Source: an uncultured Bacteroidales bacterium (lineage in GTDB: Bacteria > Bacteroidota > Bacteroidia > Bacteroidales > UBA10428). From it: a stretch of 64,000 bases of DNA. Of the stretch, positions 40,772 through 50,089 are shown in pieces (the first letter of the stretch is position 1; each line of letters begins with the position of its first letter). Location of the stretch: NCBI GenBank assembly GCA_963752195.1, contig CAVVXI010000003.1, positions 282,338 to 346,337 of the forward strand. Reading direction: 5' to 3'. The notes beneath the pieces were generated by a model that searched no databases, had not been told where the DNA came from, and saw nothing but the letters and a program-made list of their open reading frames with translations. The position numbers and the translations under genes were made by a program.

Positions 40772-41442
40772 AGAAGCAGACGATTATAGTGAGAATTGAG
40801 ATTTCCACGCTCCTCGGCGGGGAAGGGAAAATTAACAGGCGGAAAATGGACAGGCTTGCCATGGTGCTGACGAATCTGCATAACAGCGGAAAGCATGTCA
40901 TGGTGGTTTCTTCCGGGGCTATTGTATTGGGAAATGAAAAACTCAAACTTCAGACCGGCCCGGCCAATCTGCTGGAAATGCAGGCGGCGGCCTCCGTGGG
41001 ACAGGCGGAACTGATCCGGTGGTACCAGCATTCGTTTGATGAATATAACCAGATCATTGCGCAGGTATTGCTCACCAGCGATATCATGCTTTATCCCCAG
41101 CGGGTTGTAAATACAAGAAATACATTTAACCGGTTGCTCGATATGAGCATCATTCCCATCATCAATGAAAATGATTCCGTTTCAACCGCGGATATCGAAT
41201 TTGACGATAATTATCCTCTTGCACTGATGGTGGCGGAAATTGCAAAAGCCGGTTTCATTATCATCAAGATGGAAATCGACAACAAGTACCTCATTGTTCT
41301 GCGCGGGAAAAGACCTGCCCTCCTTGTGGATGGAGAAACAGAACTCCAGGAAAAACTTGAATCTTTTTGCCAGGTTATGATCCCGGATGACAACATGGAG
41401 GCAGATCCGTTTCCTGCTTCCATTGGAGAAATATTTTTTTAA
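40768..41442 (+). CDS. Glutamate 5-kinase-like protein with degenerate catalytic motifs (ProB paralog)
   Basis: VSSGAI, AASVGQAEL, AQVLLT, IPIINEND align with the adjacent ProB. KIGTSS is RIEIST, GDND is DDNY, and SDIDGLY and TGGMxTK are absent. Confidence 0.85.
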   Translation: MKKQTIIVRIEISTLLGGEGKINRRKMDRLAMVLTNLHNSGKHVMVVSSGAIVLGNEKLKLQTGPANLLEMQAAASVGQAELIRWYQHSFDEYNQIIAQVLLTSDIMLYPQRVVNTRNTFNRLLDMSIIPIINENDSVSTADIEFDDNYPLALMVAEIAKAGFIIIKMEIDNKYLIVLRGKRPALLVDGETELQEKLESFCQVMIPDDNMEADPFPASIGEIFF

Positions 41443-41474
41443 CAGGTACAAGGATGAGAAGAAAGGATTGGATT

Positions 41475-42293
41475 ATGGATTACCGGGATGTACTTAAAAA
41501 CAAGCACCGCATCGTCGTCAAGATAGGGACATCATCCCTTTCTTACCCGAATGGCCGGATGAATTTCCAGAGCATTGAAAAACTGGCTTATGTTTTGAGC
41601 GCTATTCGCGGGAATGGCACCGAGGTTATGCTGGTAACCTCCGGCGCCATCGGGGTAGGAGCCGGAAGGCTTGGACTTACCGAACGACCGGGCGAGCTGG
41701 ATAAAAAGCAGGCCCTTGCAGCCGTGGGTCAGGCGGAACTGATGAAGATATACCAGAAATTTTTTGAGGAATATAACCAGACGGTGGCCCAGGTGCTCCT
41801 GACCAAGGATGTGGTGACAATTGACACAAGAAATCAGAATGCCAAAAGAACACTGATCAAACTGCTCGAAATGAAGATCATTCCTATTATCAATGAAAAT
41901 GATACCATTGCGACAAACGAAATTGAATTTGGCGACAACGACACCCTTTCCGCCATTGTAGCCTCCCTGGTTGAGGCAGATCTGCTGGTTATCCTTTCGG
42001 ATATCGACGGTTTGTATTCCGCCGATCCGAAAACGGAAGAATCAGCCGAAATAATCCATTCGGTGCTTGAAATAACCCCGGAACTCGAACAGCTGGCCAC
42101 CGGGGCCGGTTCATCCTTTAGCACAGGAGGCATGGTCACAAAGATATCGGCTGCGAAAATATGCCTGAAAGACGGCATTGATTGCATCATCACAAGCGGT
42201 TCAGACCCGGCCATTATTTTTGACATACTCCAGGGGAAAGAAGTAGGGACCCATTTTGTTGCACAAAACGCAAATATGATCGATCATGCATGA
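41475..42293 (+). CDS. proB: Glutamate 5-kinase (no PUA domain)
   Basis: VVKIGTSSL, TSGA, NEND, FGDNDTLS, SDIDGLY, TGGMVTK. Start 41454 or 41475. Confidence 0.95.
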   Translation: MDYRDVLKNKHRIVVKIGTSSLSYPNGRMNFQSIEKLAYVLSAIRGNGTEVMLVTSGAIGVGAGRLGLTERPGELDKKQALAAVGQAELMKIYQKFFEEYNQTVAQVLLTKDVVTIDTRNQNAKRTLIKLLEMKIIPIINENDTIATNEIEFGDNDTLSAIVASLVEADLLVILSDIDGLYSADPKTEESAEIIHSVLEITPELEQLATGAGSSFSTGGMVTKISAAKICLKDGIDCIITSGSDPAIIFDILQGKEVGTHFVAQNANMIDHA

Positions 42294-43545
42294 TTTAAAA
42301 GAACAACTGGTTCAAAAAGCGATCCGCGTAAAAAAAGCTTCGCGTGAACTGGCAAAGCAGAATACGGGAGTTAAAAACAGGGCCCTTGAGATCATTGCAG
42401 GGGAAATTGAGGCAAACCGGGAAAGAATAAAGGAAGAAAATCGCAAAGATATTGAATCCGGCAAAAGCAAAGGATTGTCGGATTCTTTCATCGACCGCCT
42501 CACCCTCGACGATAAGCGGATTGACGGGATGATCCGCATACTGCAGGAGGTGATTCACCTCCATGACCCGGTGGGGGAAATTTATGATATGAATACAATG
42601 CCCAACGGGCTCAGGGTTGGATTGATGCGCGTGCCTATCGGAGTCATCGGGATTATTTTCGAATCGCGCCCCAACGTTTGCATAGAAGTGGCCTCTCTGA
42701 CAATCAAATCAGGAAACGGGGTCATCCTGCGCGGAGGCTCTGATGCGAAACATTCAAACCTTCTGCTCTGCAACCTTATCCGGTCGGGACTTAAAAAGGC
42801 AGCACTGCCTGAAGATTGCGTAGCCGTTGTGGAAGACACTTCTCATGAATCGGTTGTGGACCTGGTGAAACTGAAGGAATATATTGATGTGATCATACCC
42901 CGCGGTGGCCTGAAACTGATCCGGCTGGTGGAAGAAAACTCGCTGATCCCGGTAATCCGGCATGACCTTGGCATCTGCCATACCTATGTGGATGAATTTG
43001 CCGAAATAGGCATGGCCCGTACCATCTGTTACAATGCCAAGGTGCAAAGGCCGGGTGTTTGCAATGCCATGGAAACGCTGCTGGTTCATTCCGAAATTGC
43101 CGGTTCATTTCTGCCCTTGATGAAATCGGATTATGACAAGGCGGGGGTTACCTTAAAAGGATGTGAAAAGACCCTGAAACTATTGCCGGGCATAGAGGCA
43201 GCCACAAAAGAAGACTGGAGCACAGAATACCTCGATCTTGTGTTGTCGGTAAAAATCGTTGACAACATTGATGAAGCAATTGAACACATCAACACATTCA
43301 GCTCCCATCATTCGGATTCGATCGTAACGGATAGTTATTCCAACGGCATGAAATTTATCTCGGAGGTGGATTCTGCTGCCTGCTTTATCAATGCTTCCAC
43401 GCGTTTCAATGACGGGTATGAATTCGGGCTGGGGGCAGAAATGGGAATCAGCAATCAGAAATTGCACGTGCGGGGACCCATGGGGCTGAAAGAATTAACG
43501 GCTCCCAAGTATATTGTCTTTGGAAACGGGCAGGTGAGGAACTAG
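42286..43545 (+). CDS. proA: Glutamate-5-semialdehyde dehydrogenase
   Basis: PIGVIGIIFESRPNV, IPRGG, CNAMETLLVH, NASTRFNDG, HVRGPMGL. Confidence 0.96.
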   Translation: MHDLKEQLVQKAIRVKKASRELAKQNTGVKNRALEIIAGEIEANRERIKEENRKDIESGKSKGLSDSFIDRLTLDDKRIDGMIRILQEVIHLHDPVGEIYDMNTMPNGLRVGLMRVPIGVIGIIFESRPNVCIEVASLTIKSGNGVILRGGSDAKHSNLLLCNLIRSGLKKAALPEDCVAVVEDTSHESVVDLVKLKEYIDVIIPRGGLKLIRLVEENSLIPVIRHDLGICHTYVDEFAEIGMARTICYNAKVQRPGVCNAMETLLVHSEIAGSFLPLMKSDYDKAGVTLKGCEKTLKLLPGIEAATKEDWSTEYLDLVLSVKIVDNIDEAIEHINTFSSHHSDSIVTDSYSNGMKFISEVDSAACFINASTRFNDGYEFGLGAEMGISNQKLHVRGPMGLKELTAPKYIVFGNGQVRN

Positions 43546-43677
43546 TTGGAACAGACCCTTCAAGTGGTCGCAGACCCTTGAAGTGGTCGGATGAGAATGA
43601 AATGAACAATGAATAATGAACAATGAAAAACGACCCCGAAGCGGTCAGATCTCAATAACCGTGGGTGCAACCCGCTG

Positions 43678-43818
43678 AGTGAAAAATTAAAAGATAAAAA
43701 CTAAAAATGGAAAACAATTTGAAGATTTGAAAATGTGTTTAATGGGATAAAATCGTACAGACAAGGCATTGCCTTGTCTTTACAATTCAAATTTCCAGAA
43801 ATGCAAAACTGCAAAACT
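43678..43818 (+). repeat. Dispersed 102-bp element, copy A, with a 39-bp insertion
   Basis: Matches the reverse complement of 54687-54788 except one substitution and the insertion 43754-43792. Confidence 0.92.
43754..43788. mobile_element. REP-like palindrome inserted with a 4-bp AAAT duplication
   Basis: GTA-C-AGACAAGGCA-T-TGCCTTGTCT-T-TAC hairpin; AAAT at 43750-43753 and 43789-43792; absent from copy B. Confidence 0.7.
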
Positions 43819-43933
43819 TCTACTGCACGACTGCACGACTGCACGACTGCCTTTAGATTTGAATCATACAGCACATTAGCCCATTAGCCCATTAGCACAT
43901 TAGCCCATTAAAATAAACAAATCAATAAATCCC

Positions 43934-45283
43934 ATGCAACTGAACGAATTTATGCAAAGACTTGAAGAGCTGACCGTCAGTGCTTCACAAATTGACAAAG
44001 GACTTTTTGAGACCTATAATGTCAAGCGCGGTTTGAGGAATCAGGACGGCTCGGGCGTTCTGGTAGGACTGACCAATATCGGGGATGTGATCGGTTATGA
44101 TAAAAAGGACGGGACAGTGGTTCCCCGGGAAGGCAAACTTTTTTACAGGGGTGTGGATGTGGAAGATCTTGTGCATGGCTTTCAAACCGATAAAAGACAT
44201 GGTTTTGACGAAACGGTTTACCTGTTGCTCACGGGAAAATTACCCAACAAAACGGATCTCGATTTATTCTCCTCTTACCTTGCCGGGCACAGGGACCTTC
44301 CCAACAGCTTTGTTAACCTTATCCTTTCGTTCAGGGGAAAGAACATCATGAATATGCTGGCCCGCTCCATCCTGGCCATGTATACACAGGATGACGAGGC
44401 GGAGAATTATTCACATGTGAATCTCCTGAAACAGTCGTTGAATTTCATTGCCAAATTTCCGGTGATTGCCGCGTACGTTTATTTCGGATTCCGCCATACC
44501 TATCAGCGAAAATCATTGATTTTCAGGCACCCCGACCCCTCTCTCAGTACGGCCGAGAATTTTCTGTATATGCTCAAAGGGGAAAAATACGACAGACTGG
44601 AAGCCGATATTCTCGACCTGGCCCTTGTGCTGCATGCGGAACATGGAGGAGGAAACAATTCGACATTTGCCACAAGGGTTATCAGTTCGGCAGGAACGGA
44701 TACCTATTCGGCAGTTTCCGCCGGGCTTGGTTCATTAAAAGGCTATTTGCACGGTGGTGCCAACCTGCAGGTAGAGGAAATGATGAAAGACATCAAGAAA
44801 CATGTGAAAGATTGGTCAGATAAAAAAGAATTGCGGGCTTACATGCAGAAGATACTGAAAGGAGAGGCCGGAGACGGATCCGGAAAACTTTACGGAATTG
44901 GTCATGCCATTTATACACTTTCGGATCCCAGGGCTATCCTGCTGAAGGACAAGGCAAGGGAACTGGCCGGAACCAAGGGTAAACTGGATGAATATAAATT
45001 GTATGAATCCGTTGAGGAATTGGCGCAGGAAGCTTTCGCAAGCTTTAAGGAAGGAAGCAGCAAGGTGATCAGCGCCAATGTGGACTTTTATTCTGGTTTT
45101 GTATATAAATGCATTGACATACCGCAGGAGCTGTTCACCCCTATTTTTGCCGTGGCCCGCATGGCCGGATGGTGTGCCCACCGGTTGGAGGAAGTAACCT
45201 TCACTTCACGAAGGATCATACGCCCGGCCTATAAGAATGTATTTGGAAAAATTCCCTATGAGTTGCTGGGGGAAAGAAATTAA
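43934..45283 (+). CDS. gltA: Citrate synthase
   Basis: KRGLRN.DG.GVLVGLT, HAEHGGGNNSTF, LHGGAN, GIGHAIY..SDPR, ANVDFYSG, RIIRPAY. Confidence 0.92.
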   Translation: MQLNEFMQRLEELTVSASQIDKGLFETYNVKRGLRNQDGSGVLVGLTNIGDVIGYDKKDGTVVPREGKLFYRGVDVEDLVHGFQTDKRHGFDETVYLLLTGKLPNKTDLDLFSSYLAGHRDLPNSFVNLILSFRGKNIMNMLARSILAMYTQDDEAENYSHVNLLKQSLNFIAKFPVIAAYVYFGFRHTYQRKSLIFRHPDPSLSTAENFLYMLKGEKYDRLEADILDLALVLHAEHGGGNNSTFATRVISSAGTDTYSAVSAGLGSLKGYLHGGANLQVEEMMKDIKKHVKDWSDKKELRAYMQKILKGEAGDGSGKLYGIGHAIYTLSDPRAILLKDKARELAGTKGKLDEYKLYESVEELAQEAFASFKEGSSKVISANVDFYSGFVYKCIDIPQELFTPIFAVARMAGWCAHRLEEVTFTSRRIIRPAYKNVFGKIPYELLGERN

Positions 45284-45342
45284 ATTTCTTAAATCACCCT
45301 GTTAAAAAAGGGACTAAGTTTTTTGAATAAATGCAAATTTAT

Positions 45343-45350
45343 TATCTTTG
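45343..45350 (+). promoter_or_regulatory. Putative gltBD promoter -7 element (TATCTTTG)
   Basis: TAnnTTTG with an upstream TTTG at 45322-45325. Confidence 0.65.
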
Positions 45351-45450
45351 CCTGCAAGAAAATGATGAAATATGATTTTGCAGCATAAATACGATAATAA
45401 ATTTAATAAAACTCAACCTTGTTGAGGGTGGAACAATTGTGGAATAACAC

Positions 45451-45486
45451 AAGCCATTCTCGACTCGCGAGAATGGCTTTTTTTTT
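45451..45486 (+). terminator. Intrinsic terminator in the gltB 5' leader (candidate attenuator)
   Basis: 12-bp perfect stem AAGCCATTCTCG/CGAGAATGGCTT, loop ACTCG, T-run to 45486, 30 bp before the gltB ATG. Confidence 0.85.
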
Positions 45487-45515
45487 GAAATGGAATCTTA
45501 ACGGAGACAAAAAAT

Positions 45516-48500
45516 ATGACAAGCAAAGGATTGCCTAAAAAGCAGGGACTTTACGACCCGGCTGAGGAAAAAGATAGTTGTGGGATCGGATTTGTAGCCC
45601 AGATAAAGGGAATTAAATCGCATGACATTATCCATCGGGGGCTTGAAGTACTTGAGAACATGTCGCACAGGGGCGCCGAAAGTGCGGACAATGTTACCGG
45701 GGATGGCGCCGGTATTCTGATCCAGGTGCCGCACAAACTGATCCTGGCCAAGGGCATCAAGGTTCCGGAAGAGGGAAGATATGCCACAGGTCTCGTCTTT
45801 CTCCCCCAGGGTGCAAAAGAGCGCGCAGCATGTGAAAGGATTCTCATCGATGCCCTGGTTGCCGAGGGACTTGATGTAATTGATATAATCGATGTAATCG
45901 TGGATAATTCCATTCTTGGGGAAATTTCCCGAAGTTCGGAACCCTTTATCCGGCAGATTTTTGTTACAGGCGATTATGAACAGGAGGAGCTTGAACGGAA
46001 GGTATATATTGCCCGCAAGGTTGCTGAAAACCAGGTCAGGCAATCGTCTGTTAAGGACAGGGAATCGTTTTATCTTCCCAGTCTGTCCTCAAAAGTTTTG
46101 ATTTATAAGGGAATGTTTACCTCCCACCAGTTGCGCCTGTATTTTAACGACCTGCGCGACAGCCGGCTCGAAAGTGCAATTGCCCTTATCCATTCGAGAT
46201 TCAGCACCAATACTTTCCCCACCTGGGATCTTGCCCAGCCCTTCCGCCTGCTGGGTCATAACGGGGAGATCAATACAATCAAGGGCAACCGCATGTGGAT
46301 GAGTGCCAGGGAATCCCTGATGAAATCCGGACTTTTCGGGGAGGACCTGAAAAAGATCTTTCCTGTAATTGAACCGGATAAAAGTGACTCGGCCTCCCTT
46401 GACAACGTACTTGAATTTCTTGTGCTCACGGGGAAGTCGCTTCCCCATGCGCTAAGCATGCTGATCCCCGAATCATGGAATGACAAAAACCCGATTCCGG
46501 AAAGCCTCAAAGCATTTTACGAATATCATTCCACCATCATGGAGCCCTGGGATGGACCCGCTTCCATCGTATTCAGCGATGGAAGGTTCATCGGCGGCAC
46601 TCTCGACAGGAATGGCCTTCGCCCCTCGCGGTATGTCATTACCAAAAATGATATGATCGTGATGGGTTCGGAAGTGGGTGTCCAGGTTTTTCCCCCGGAG
46701 CAGATCAAGGAAAAAGGACGCTTGCGTCCCGGAAAAATCCTGCTCGTCGATACCCGGTTTGGCATTATAGTGCCCGACGATGAGGTAAAGCGCCAGTTAA
46801 CCGGGAGAAATCCCTATTCAAACTGGTTGAAGGAAAACCGGATCGATCTTATGGATATCGAAGTGAAACAGCGTATACCTACTTCCCTGGGCGAAGAATA
46901 TGACAATTACCTCAAGGTTTTCGGATATACAAAGGAGGATTTTGAATTTCTGATTAAACCGATGGCCATCGAAGGCCAGGAACCGGTAAGTTCCATGGGA
47001 AATGATACCCCCCTGGCGGTTATGTCGGATATGCCTCAACGGCTTTTCAACTATTTCCGGCAGCATTTTGCCCAGGTGACGAATCCACCCATTGACCCCA
47101 TACGGGAAGGACTGGTAATGTCGCTTACCAATTACATCGGCGCTGTATCCCGGAATCTGCTCATGGAATCTTCCGCTCAGTGCAAACTGATCAAATTCAG
47201 GAGCCCCATTGTTACAAATACGGATCTTGGCAAGATAAAGAATCTCGATCAGGCGCAATTTTCACACGGCATAATCCCGATGTTTTTTCCGGCCGTTTCC
47301 GGTAATCCGGGAAAGGCGCTTGAAACAGCAATCACTGAAATGTGCCGCAAAGCCGAAGAATCGGTGGACAAGGGACACAATTTTATTATCCTCAGCGACC
47401 GTGGAATTTCCCGCGACAGGGTTCCCATTCCGTCACTCCTTGCCGTGTCGGCTATCCATCATCACCTCATCAATACAAAGAAAAGGATGCAGGTGGGACT
47501 GATTGTTGAAACGGCAGAGCCAAGGGAAGTGAATCATTTTGCCCTGCTTTTTGCCTATGGAGCCAGCGTGGTGAATCCTTACGGGGCCTTTGCCATTATT
47601 GAGAATCTGTGTGAATCAGGGGAAATAAAGGAGAGCTACGTCTCCGCACGCGAACATTTTATCAAGTCGATCGACAAGGGACTGCTCAAGGTGATGTCGA
47701 AAATGGGCATTTCAACCCTGAGAAGTTATCATGGTGCACAAATTTTTGAAGCCATAGGAATATCAAAGGATGTGACAGAACGTTATTTTAGCGGCACCGA
47801 TTCAAGGATCGGCGGAATCGGCCATGATGAAATTGCCCGTGAAGCACTGATCATGCATAATGCTGCTTATTATCCCGATATACAGAATGGAAATGTTTTT
47901 GCCACACAGGGAACATACCACTACCGGAAGAACGGGGAGCAGCATGCATGGAATCCGGAAACAATTGGCCTGCTGCAATGGTCTACCCGTACCGAAGATT
48001 ACGAAAAGTTCAAGGAATTCAGCGCCCTGGCAAACCAGGAAAACCGGAAGCCTCTTTTTCTCAGGGGCTGTATTAACCTGAAAACGGGCAACCCGGTGCC
48101 TATCGAAGAAGTGGAACCCGAAGAAGCCATCCTGAAACGGTTTATTACCGGGGCTATGTCATATGGATCCATCAGCAAGGAAGCCCATGAGGCCCTCGCG
48201 ATTGCCATGAATTCAATCGGAGGAAGAAGCAATACAGGGGAAGGCGGGGAAGATGCTGAAAGGTTTAAAACCCGGCCTGACGGCACCAGCGCACGCAGTG
48301 CAATTAAACAGGTCGCCTCCGGCCGGTTCGGCGTAAATACAAATTACCTGATCAACGCAGATGAGATCCAGATCAAAATTGCGCAGGGAGCTAAACCGGG
48401 CGAGGGAGGCCAGCTGCCGGGACATAAAATCGACAAGATCATTGCCAAATTGCGGCATTCCACAACCGGCATCACACTGATATCCCCCCCTCCGCATCAC

Positions 48501-50060
48501 GATATTTATTCCATCGAAGATCTGGCCCAGCTGATCTTCGACCTGAAATGCACAAACCCGAGGGCGCGGATCAATGTAAAACTGGTATCGGAAAAAGGCG
48601 TCGGAACAATCGCTGCAGGAGTTGCCAAGGCACACGCCGACAGCATAACGATCAGCGGGTGTGAAGGCGGCACCGGAGCCAGTCCGGCCAGTTCGATTAA
48701 ATATGCCGGTCTTCCCATGGAACTCGGCATCTCGGAAGTTCAGCAAACCCTTGTGATCAATAACCTGCGCGACCGGGTTGTGCTGCAAACGGACGGGCAG
48801 CTGAAGACGGGACGTGACGTGGTTTATGCGGGACTGCTGGGAGCCGAGGAGTTCGGTTTTGCCACCGCCTCGCTGATTACCCTGGGTTGCATCATGATGC
48901 GTAAATGCCACCTGAATACCTGTCCCGTTGGCGTGGCCACCCAGAATCCGGAACTCCGGAAGCGTTTTATTGGCAAGTCGCAGTACCTCGTTACCTACTT
49001 CAGGTTCATTGCCAGGGAGGTTCGGGAATTGATGGCCGAAATGGGCTTCCGGAAATTTGAAGACCTCGTGGGTCGTGTCGACCTCATCGAACAGCGAACG
49101 GATATTGACCACTGGAAGGCCTCCAAACTTGACCTGTCACAAATCCTGTACAGGCCGAAAGAAGCTTCCAAATTCGCAAACCATTGCACCTGTCTTCAAA
49201 AACATAAGATTGAAGATGTGATGGACCATGAACTGATTAAATTGGCCAACAAAGCCATCAAAAACCGGGAGAAAGTATGGATTTCCCGCAAAATCACGAA
49301 TACCGACAGAACCACAGGGGCAATGTTATCGGGTGAAATTACCCGTACACACGGAGAAGCCGGACTTCCCGACGGAACCCTGATCTGCAAATTCAAAGGA
49401 TCTGCCGGCCAGTCATTCGGGGCATTCCTTTCCCGGGGGGTCCATTTTGAACTCGAAGGGGACTCAAACGATTACCTGGGGAAAGGACTTTCCGGAGGAC
49501 GGATCGTGGTTGTCCCGCCCAGGGGTTCCACTTTCAAACCCGAAGAAAACATTATTGTGGGCAATACATTATTGTATGGGGCCACATTGGGGGAAGCCTA
49601 TATCCGGGGGGTAGCCGGTGAGCGGTTTGCCGTACGAAACAGCGGTGCCGTGGCTGTGGTTGAAGGAGTCGGGGACCATTGCTGCGAATACATGACAGGC
49701 GGCCGGGTGGTTGTGCTGGGCAAAACCGGTCGTAATTTCGCCGCAGGAATGAGCGGAGGCATTGCTTATGTGCTGAATGTCAAAGGCAATTTCGACTATT
49801 TCTGCAACACGGGCATGGTTGAATTAAGTGCTGTAGGTGATCATGATGATTTACTTGAATTACAAAAACTTATCAATAATCATTATTTATATACCCGCAG
49901 CGAACTGGCGGAAAGTATCCTTGTAAAATGGGATGAATACCTGCCGAAATTCGTAAAAGTCATTCCGCTGGAGTACAAAAAGGTGCTGGAAGAACAAAAG
50001 CTCAGCCAGCTGATAGAGAAGATCCAGAAGACAGAGGACGAACCTCATTTTCATTACTAA
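45516..50060 (+). CDS. gltB: Glutamate synthase large subunit
   Basis: CGIGF Ntn Cys, HSRFSTNT, HNGEINT, KIAQGAKPGEGGQLPG, CIMMRKCHLNTC, GXGXG domain. Confidence 0.98.
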   Translation: MTSKGLPKKQGLYDPAEEKDSCGIGFVAQIKGIKSHDIIHRGLEVLENMSHRGAESADNVTGDGAGILIQVPHKLILAKGIKVPEEGRYATGLVFLPQGAKERAACERILIDALVAEGLDVIDIIDVIVDNSILGEISRSSEPFIRQIFVTGDYEQEELERKVYIARKVAENQVRQSSVKDRESFYLPSLSSKVLIYKGMFTSHQLRLYFNDLRDSRLESAIALIHSRFSTNTFPTWDLAQPFRLLGHNGEINTIKGNRMWMSARESLMKSGLFGEDLKKIFPVIEPDKSDSASLDNVLEFLVLTGKSLPHALSMLIPESWNDKNPIPESLKAFYEYHSTIMEPWDGPASIVFSDGRFIGGTLDRNGLRPSRYVITKNDMIVMGSEVGVQVFPPEQIKEKGRLRPGKILLVDTRFGIIVPDDEVKRQLTGRNPYSNWLKENRIDLMDIEVKQRIPTSLGEEYDNYLKVFGYTKEDFEFLIKPMAIEGQEPVSSMGNDTPLAVMSDMPQRLFNYFRQHFAQVTNPPIDPIREGLVMSLTNYIGAVSRNLLMESSAQCKLIKFRSPIVTNTDLGKIKNLDQAQFSHGIIPMFFPAVSGNPGKALETAITEMCRKAEESVDKGHNFIILSDRGISRDRVPIPSLLAVSAIHHHLINTKKRMQVGLIVETAEPREVNHFALLFAYGASVVNPYGAFAIIENLCESGEIKESYVSAREHFIKSIDKGLLKVMSKMGISTLRSYHGAQIFEAIGISKDVTERYFSGTDSRIGGIGHDEIAREALIMHNAAYYPDIQNGNVFATQGTYHYRKNGEQHAWNPETIGLLQWSTRTEDYEKFKEFSALANQENRKPLFLRGCINLKTGNPVPIEEVEPEEAILKRFITGAMSYGSISKEAHEALAIAMNSIGGRSNTGEGGEDAERFKTRPDGTSARSAIKQVASGRFGVNTNYLINADEIQIKIAQGAKPGEGGQLPGHKIDKIIAKLRHSTTGITLISPPPHHDIYSIEDLAQLIFDLKCTNPRARINVKLVSEKGVGTIAAGVAKAHADSITISGCEGGTGASPASSIKYAGLPMELGISEVQQTLVINNLRDRVVLQTDGQLKTGRDVVYAGLLGAEEFGFATASLITLGCIMMRKCHLNTCPVGVATQNPELRKRFIGKSQYLVTYFRFIAREVRELMAEMGFRKFEDLVGRVDLIEQRTDIDHWKASKLDLSQILYRPKEASKFANHCTCLQKHKIEDVMDHELIKLANKAIKNREKVWISRKITNTDRTTGAMLSGEITRTHGEAGLPDGTLICKFKGSAGQSFGAFLSRGVHFELEGDSNDYLGKGLSGGRIVVVPPRGSTFKPEENIIVGNTLLYGATLGEAYIRGVAGERFAVRNSGAVAVVEGVGDHCCEYMTGGRVVVLGKTGRNFAAGMSGGIAYVLNVKGNFDYFCNTGMVELSAVGDHDDLLELQKLINNHYLYTRSELAESILVKWDEYLPKFVKVIPLEYKKVLEEQKLSQLIEKIQKTEDEPHFHY

Positions 50061-50089
50061 TTTTTTGATAATTTTTCAGACAATATACA

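Larger units (their letters stand above)
43552..43910 (+). repeat. Composite intergenic mosaic of short tandem repeats and REP-like hairpins
   Basis: 19-mer x2 (43552-43589); AATGAAH x4 (43601-43628); hairpin fragment 43631-43675; dispersed element 43678-43818; CTGCACGA x3.5 (43823-43850); GCMCATTA x5 (43871-43910). Confidence 0.9.

Noticed and set aside
40768-41442. Calling the ProB paralog ArgB or a pseudogene
   Set aside because: Motifs (NEND, VGQ, AQVLLT) are G5K-type rather than NAGK-type; the frame is intact and coupled to argH.
48213-49112. 299-aa antisense ORF in gltB
   Set aside because: Shadow ORF of a conserved gene; no motifs.
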